Shown piece by piece: positions 59,911 through 64,000 of a stretch of DNA of 64,000 nt. The DNA is from Solirubrobacteraceae bacterium (GTDB taxonomy: Bacteria > Actinomycetota > Thermoleophilia > Solirubrobacterales > Solirubrobacteraceae). A program made the translations under genes and the position numbers. The notes beneath the pieces are model-generated. The model saw only the letters and a list, made by a program, of their open reading frames with translations, ran no database searches and was not told the origin of the DNA. Location of the stretch: the NCBI GenBank assembly GCA_035507895.1, contig DATJNQ010000008.1, positions 54,619 to 118,618 on the forward strand. Reading direction: 5' to 3'. Each line of letters opens with the position of its first letter. Positions within the stretch are counted from its first letter, which is position 1.

Positions 59911-61477
59911 CCATCGCCGCCCCCGCCGCCTCGACCGCCTGCACCGTCTCCTCGTCGCGCACCGAGCCGCCCGGCTGGATGATCGCGCCGACGCCGGCGT
60001 CGAGCGCGATCTGCGGCCCGTCGGCGAAGGGGAAGTAGGCGTCGGACGCGAGCACCGCGCCCCTCAGCTGATCGGGGCGGAACTCGCGCGCCTTCTCGAC
60101 CGCGATGCGCACCGCGTCGACGCGGCTCATCTGGCCCGCGCCGATGCCGATCGTGGCGCGGTCGGCCGCAATGACGATCGAGTTGGAGCGCACGTGGCGG
60201 CAGACGCGCCAGGCGAAGAGCAGGTCGCGCCACTCGGCGTCGGTCGGCTCGCGCGCGCTCGCGACGGTCATGTCGGCGCGTTCCTCGCCGACGGTGTCTC
60301 GCGTCTGGACGAGCTCGCCGCCGAGGACGGCCTTACTTTCGAGCGTCTCGCTGTCGCGCGGCCACGCCGCGAGCTCGAGCAGGCGCACGTTCTTTTTCTC
60401 CTGCAGCACCGCGAGCGCCTGCTCGTCGAATCCGGGGGCGAGCAGCACCTCGATGAACTGCTGCGCGAGCTCGCGCGCGAACGCGCCGTCGACCGGCCGG
60501 TTGACGGCGATCACCCCGCCGAACGCGCTCTGCGGGTCGCAGGCGAGGGCCGACAGGTAGGCCTCGCGGCCGCTGTCGGCGACGGCGCAGCCGCACGGGT
60601 TGTTGTGCTTGACGATCGCGCACGCGGGCTCGTCGAACTCCTGCGCGAGCTCGCGCGCCGCACTGAGGTCCAGCAGGTTGTTGAACGAGAGCTCCTTGCC
60701 GTGGAGCTGGCGCACGCCGGAGAGCAGGTGCGTCTCGGCGCCGGCGCGGGCGTAGAAGGCGCCCTGTTGGTGCGGGTTCTCGCCGTAGCGAAGCTCCACG
60801 ACCTTCTCGTGCACCGCGAAGCGCGCCGACGGCAGCGCCTGCTCGTCGCGCGCGGCGAGCCACGTTGCGATAGCGGCGTCGTAGCGCGCCGTCGTGGCGA
60901 AGGCCTTGGCGGCGAGGCGGTCGCGCGTCGCGAGCGACAGGCGCCCGGCGTTCGCGGCGAGCTCGGCGCCGACGGCGGCGTAGTCGGCGGGGTCGACGAC
61001 GACGGCCGCGAACTGGCTGTTCTTGGCGGCGGCGCGGATCATCGTGGGACCGCCGATGTCGATGTTCTCGATGATCTCCTCGTCGCTCGCGTCGCCGCGC
61101 GCCAGGGTGCGCTCGAACGGGTAGAGGTTCACGCACACCAGGTCGACGGGCTCGATGTCGTGCTCCTGCGCCGCGGCGAGGTGGGACTCGTCGTCGCGCA
61201 GGGCCAGCAGGCCGGCGTAAAGGCGCGGGTGCAGGGTCTTCACGCGCCCGTCCATCATCTCCGGGAAGCCGGTGAAGTCCTCGATCGCGCGCACCGGTAT
61301 GCCGGACTGGGCCAGCGCGCGCGCCGTTCCGCCCGTGGAGACGACCTCGACGCCGAGCTCGACGAGGGCGCCGGCGAACTCCTCGATGCCCGTCTTGTCG
61401 CTCACGGAGACGAGCGCGCGGCGGACCGTCACCTCGCCCGGCGCCGCAGCCTGGACGCTCTCGCGTTGCGCGCTCAC
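59879..61477 (-). CDS. purH: Bifunctional AICAR transformylase/IMP cyclohydrolase
   Basis: [40 protein letters not shown] and GAGQMSR motifs. Confidence 0.96.
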   Translation of the reverse strand: MSAQRESVQAAAPGEVTVRRALVSVSDKTGIEEFAGALVELGVEVVSTGGTARALAQSGIPVRAIEDFTGFPEMMDGRVKTLHPRLYAGLLALRDDESHLAAAQEHDIEPVDLVCVNLYPFERTLARGDASDEEIIENIDIGGPTMIRAAAKNSQFAAVVVDPADYAAVGAELAANAGRLSLATRDRLAAKAFATTARYDAAIATWLAARDEQALPSARFAVHEKVVELRYGENPHQQGAFYARAGAETHLLSGVRQLHGKELSFNNLLDLSAARELAQEFDEPACAIVKHNNPCGCAVADSGREAYLSALACDPQSAFGGVIAVNRPVDGAFARELAQQFIEVLLAPGFDEQALAVLQEKKNVRLLELAAWPRDSETLESKAVLGGELVQTRDTVGEERADMTVASAREPTDAEWRDLLFAWRVCRHVRSNSIVIAADRATIGIGAGQMSRVDAVRIAVEKAREFRPDQLRGAVLASDAYFPFADGPQIALDAGVGAIIQPGGSVRDEETVQAVEAAGAAMVMTGIRHFRH

Positions 61478-62112
61478 CCCGGCAGCGTATCCAGCGGCAC
61501 GTCGACCTGGATGCGGCGCTCGTTCTCCGCCGAGACGCGGAGCCGACCTTCGGCGGCGAGGCGCACGGCGTCGGTCAGGAGGTCGTGCTCGAGCGGCCTG
61601 AGCGCGGCGCGCACCTCCTCCGCGTCGCGCGCATCGGGCAGCTCCAGCGCGCGCTGCAGGATGACTGGGCCGCTGTCGACGCCGGCATCGACGAAGTGCA
61701 CGGTGACCCCGAACACCTTCACGCCGTAGGCGAGCGCGTCGCCGACGCCGTCGAGCCCCGGGAACGCCGGCAGCAGCGACGGGTGGACGTTGATCACCGC
61801 CCACGGGAAGCGGTCCAGGAGCTCGGGGCCGAGCAGGGCCATGTAGCCGGCGAGGACGACGAAGCGGGCGCCGTGCTCCTCGAGCCAGGCGGCGATCGCC
61901 GCGTCGCGCGCGCCGCGCCCGTCGTACTCGGCGAGCTCGAACGCCGCGCACGGGACATCCGCGGCGCGCGCGCGCTCGAGGGCGCGCGCGCCCGCGCGGC
62001 TCGACGCGACCGCGACGACGCGCGCCTCGCGTCCGTGGACGCGGTCGAGCAGCGCCTGCAGGTTCGTCCCCTCACCGGAGACGAGGACCGCGATCGGCAG
62101 CTGCTCCGCCAA
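61474..62112 (-). CDS. purN: Phosphoribosylglycinamide formyltransferase
   Basis: VSGEGTNLQA, LAGYM, INVHPSLLPAFPG and HFVDAGVDSGP motifs. Confidence 0.95.
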   Translation of the reverse strand: MAEQLPIAVLVSGEGTNLQALLDRVHGREARVVAVASSRAGARALERARAADVPCAAFELAEYDGRGARDAAIAAWLEEHGARFVVLAGYMALLGPELLDRFPWAVINVHPSLLPAFPGLDGVGDALAYGVKVFGVTVHFVDAGVDSGPVILQRALELPDARDAEEVRAALRPLEHDLLTDAVRLAAEGRLRVSAENERRIQVDVPLDTLPG

Positions 62113-62114
62113 AA

Positions 62115-63566
62115 TCAGGCGCGCACCAGCGGGTCGCCGGCCTGCTCGAGCGAGAGCTTGCCGTCGCCTGTGTCGGTGCGCTCGACGGGGTAACGGCCGG
62201 TGAAGCACGCGTCGCAGTGCGTGGTCCGATCGGCGCCGACGGCCTCATAGACACCGTCGAGCGAGAGGTAGTGCAGCGAGTCGCACCCGAGCTCGCTCGC
62301 GATCTCCTCCACGCTGCGGCCGTGGGCGATCATCTCCTCGCTGGAGGACATGTCGATGCCGTAGAAGCACGGGTGCTTGATCGGCGGGGCGGATATGCGC
62401 AGGTGGATCTCGGCGGCCCCGGCCTCGCGCAGCATCTGCACGATCTGCCGCGTCGTGTTGCCGCGCACGATCGAGTCGTCGACGACGACGAGCCGGCGCC
62501 CGGCGACGACGTCGGGGAGCGGGTTGAACTTCAGGCGCAGGCCGTGCTTGCGCAGCTCCTGGCCGGGCTGGATGAATGTGCGCGCCACGTAGCGGTTCTT
62601 CACGAAGCCGTCGTCCTGGGGCAGGCCGGCCGCGCGGGCCAGGCCGCGGGCCGCGGCGTTGCCGCTGTCGGGAACGGCGATCACCAGGTCGGCCGTCGGG
62701 ACGGGCGACTCGCGCCAGAGGATCTCGCCCATCCGGCCGCGGACGACCTGGAGCACCTGGCCGTTCATGCGCGAGTCCGGGCGCGCGAAGTAGATGTACT
62801 CGAAGACGCAGAACGCGGGCGCCGCCGCGGCGGCGCCGCGCCGGCTGTGCAGCCCGTCCGCGTCGAGCGTCACGATCTCGCCCGGCTCGACGTCGCGCAC
62901 GAGCTCGGCGCCGATGATGTCGAAGGCGCACGACTCGCTCGCGACGCACCAGCGCTCGCCGTCGGCGGAGCTGAGGCGCCCCAGGGCGAGCGGCCGAAGG
63001 CCGTGCGGGTCGCGGAACGCGATCACCTTCTCGCGCGTCATGACCACCGTCGAGTACGCGCCGCGCATGCGTCCCATCGCGGCCTGCACGGCGTCCTCGA
63101 CGTCGCCGTCGCCGTGCGAGGCGATCAGCGCGGCGATGATCTCGGAGTCCGAGGTGGAGCTGAAGCTGAGGCCCGCCGCGACGAGCTCCTCGTGCAGCTT
63201 GAGGGCGTTCACGAGATTGCCGTTGTGCGCCAGCGCGAGCTCCCGCCCGGAGCCGTCGGCGCTCTGCGAGCGGTGCACGGGCTGGCTGTTCTCCCAGGCG
63301 TTGGAGCCGGTCGTGGAGTAGCGCACGTGGCCGATGGCGAGGTCGCCGGCCAGCGTACGCAGGTCGTTCTCGTCGAACACCTGGCTGACGAGACCGAGCT
63401 CGCGGCGGGTGATTATCTGGCCACCGTGGTCGGCGGATGCGATCCCCGCCGACTCCTGGCCGCGGTGCTGCAGGGCGTATAGAGCGAAGTACGAGAGTCT
63501 CGAGACCTCGCGGCCGGGTGCATAGAGGCCGAACACGCCGCATTCGTCGCGGGGCCCGTCGCGCAT
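62115..63566 (-). CDS. purF: Amidophosphoribosyltransferase
   Basis: DECGVFG, LQHRGQESAG, GHVRYST, AHNGN, VVVDDSIVRG and CDACFTG motifs. Confidence 0.96.
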   Translation of the reverse strand: MRDGPRDECGVFGLYAPGREVSRLSYFALYALQHRGQESAGIASADHGGQIITRRELGLVSQVFDENDLRTLAGDLAIGHVRYSTTGSNAWENSQPVHRSQSADGSGRELALAHNGNLVNALKLHEELVAAGLSFSSTSDSEIIAALIASHGDGDVEDAVQAAMGRMRGAYSTVVMTREKVIAFRDPHGLRPLALGRLSSADGERWCVASESCAFDIIGAELVRDVEPGEIVTLDADGLHSRRGAAAAAPAFCVFEYIYFARPDSRMNGQVLQVVRGRMGEILWRESPVPTADLVIAVPDSGNAAARGLARAAGLPQDDGFVKNRYVARTFIQPGQELRKHGLRLKFNPLPDVVAGRRLVVVDDSIVRGNTTRQIVQMLREAGAAEIHLRISAPPIKHPCFYGIDMSSSEEMIAHGRSVEEIASELGCDSLHYLSLDGVYEAVGADRTTHCDACFTGRYPVERTDTGDGKLSLEQAGDPLVRA

Positions 63567-63601
63567 CACATCTGCACCGTAACAGGGTGCTCCGCGGGCG
63601 C

Positions 63602-64000
63602 TCACGCGAGGACCTCGCAGAGTGCGTTGTGAGCGGCGGCGAGCTCTGCGAGCGTCACCGTCAATCCTTGCGCCCCGGCCTCGACCTCGAGCGCGTCGCC
63701 GCCGACGGTGCCGACGAGCTCGACGGGAACACCCGCGAGCTCACCGATCGCGCCCGCCGGGCCGCTGACGAGAAAGCCGCCGCAGCCCTCGCCGAAGAGC
63801 GCCGCCTCGTCGCCTGTGAGCTTCACGCGGGCGCCGACGGCGCCCGCGATGCAGCACTCGGCGAGCGCGACCGCGACGCCGCCCTCGGCGATGTCGTGGG
63901 CGCTCGCGAGCGCACCGGCGCGCACCGCCTCGCGGACGACCCGTTGCGCGGCGGCCGCGGCGCCGACGTCGGCGTCCGGCAGCCTGTCGGGCAGCGCTTC
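63602..64000 (-). CDS. purL: FGAM synthase large subunit, C-terminal end (partial)
   Basis: SAHDIAEGGVAVALAE...LFGE...G.VGGD; immediately upstream of purF. Confidence 0.85.
   Translation of the reverse strand, partial: EALPDRLPDADVGAAAAAQRVVREAVRAGALASAHDIAEGGVAVALAECCIAGAVGARVKLTGDEAALFGEGCGGFLVSGPAGAIGELAGVPVELVGTVGGDALEVEAGAQGLTVTLAELAAAHNALCEVLA

Overview
High-GC actinobacterial chromosome segment. The gene content and lineage-typical secreted-protein families suggest Thermoleophilia/Solirubrobacterales (inference). It is mostly housekeeping and accessory metabolism: the histidine-utilisation cluster (hutH-hutU-def-hutF), ECF sigma factors, a PAS/GGDEF/EAL protein, a MoxR-DUF58-transglutaminase triad, RecQ, holB/tmk, class II RNR (nrdJ), two HU genes, ctaA, a P450, an isobutyryl-CoA-mutase-like large subunit, a split cytochrome b-like cassette, a USP/response-regulator cluster, mntR-mntH, four tRNAs and the purL-purF-purN-purH cluster. 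Most notable: (1) a peptide-deformylase-family gene translationally coupled between hutU and hutF, a candidate replacement for N-formylglutamate deformylase (HutG); (2) a Rieske-less split cytochrome b cassette with a large insertion in its subunit-IV-like chain; (3) an integrase-less 3.2 kb islet bounded by tRNA-Thr(CGT) and a 43-bp copy of its 3' part; (4) an 11-aa ORF, MEIKKIKKIKK, between HU and a P450; (5) purM missing from the pur cluster. No CRISPR array, transposase or integrase was recognised. All calls are from motif recognition without database searches; many start codons are estimates.
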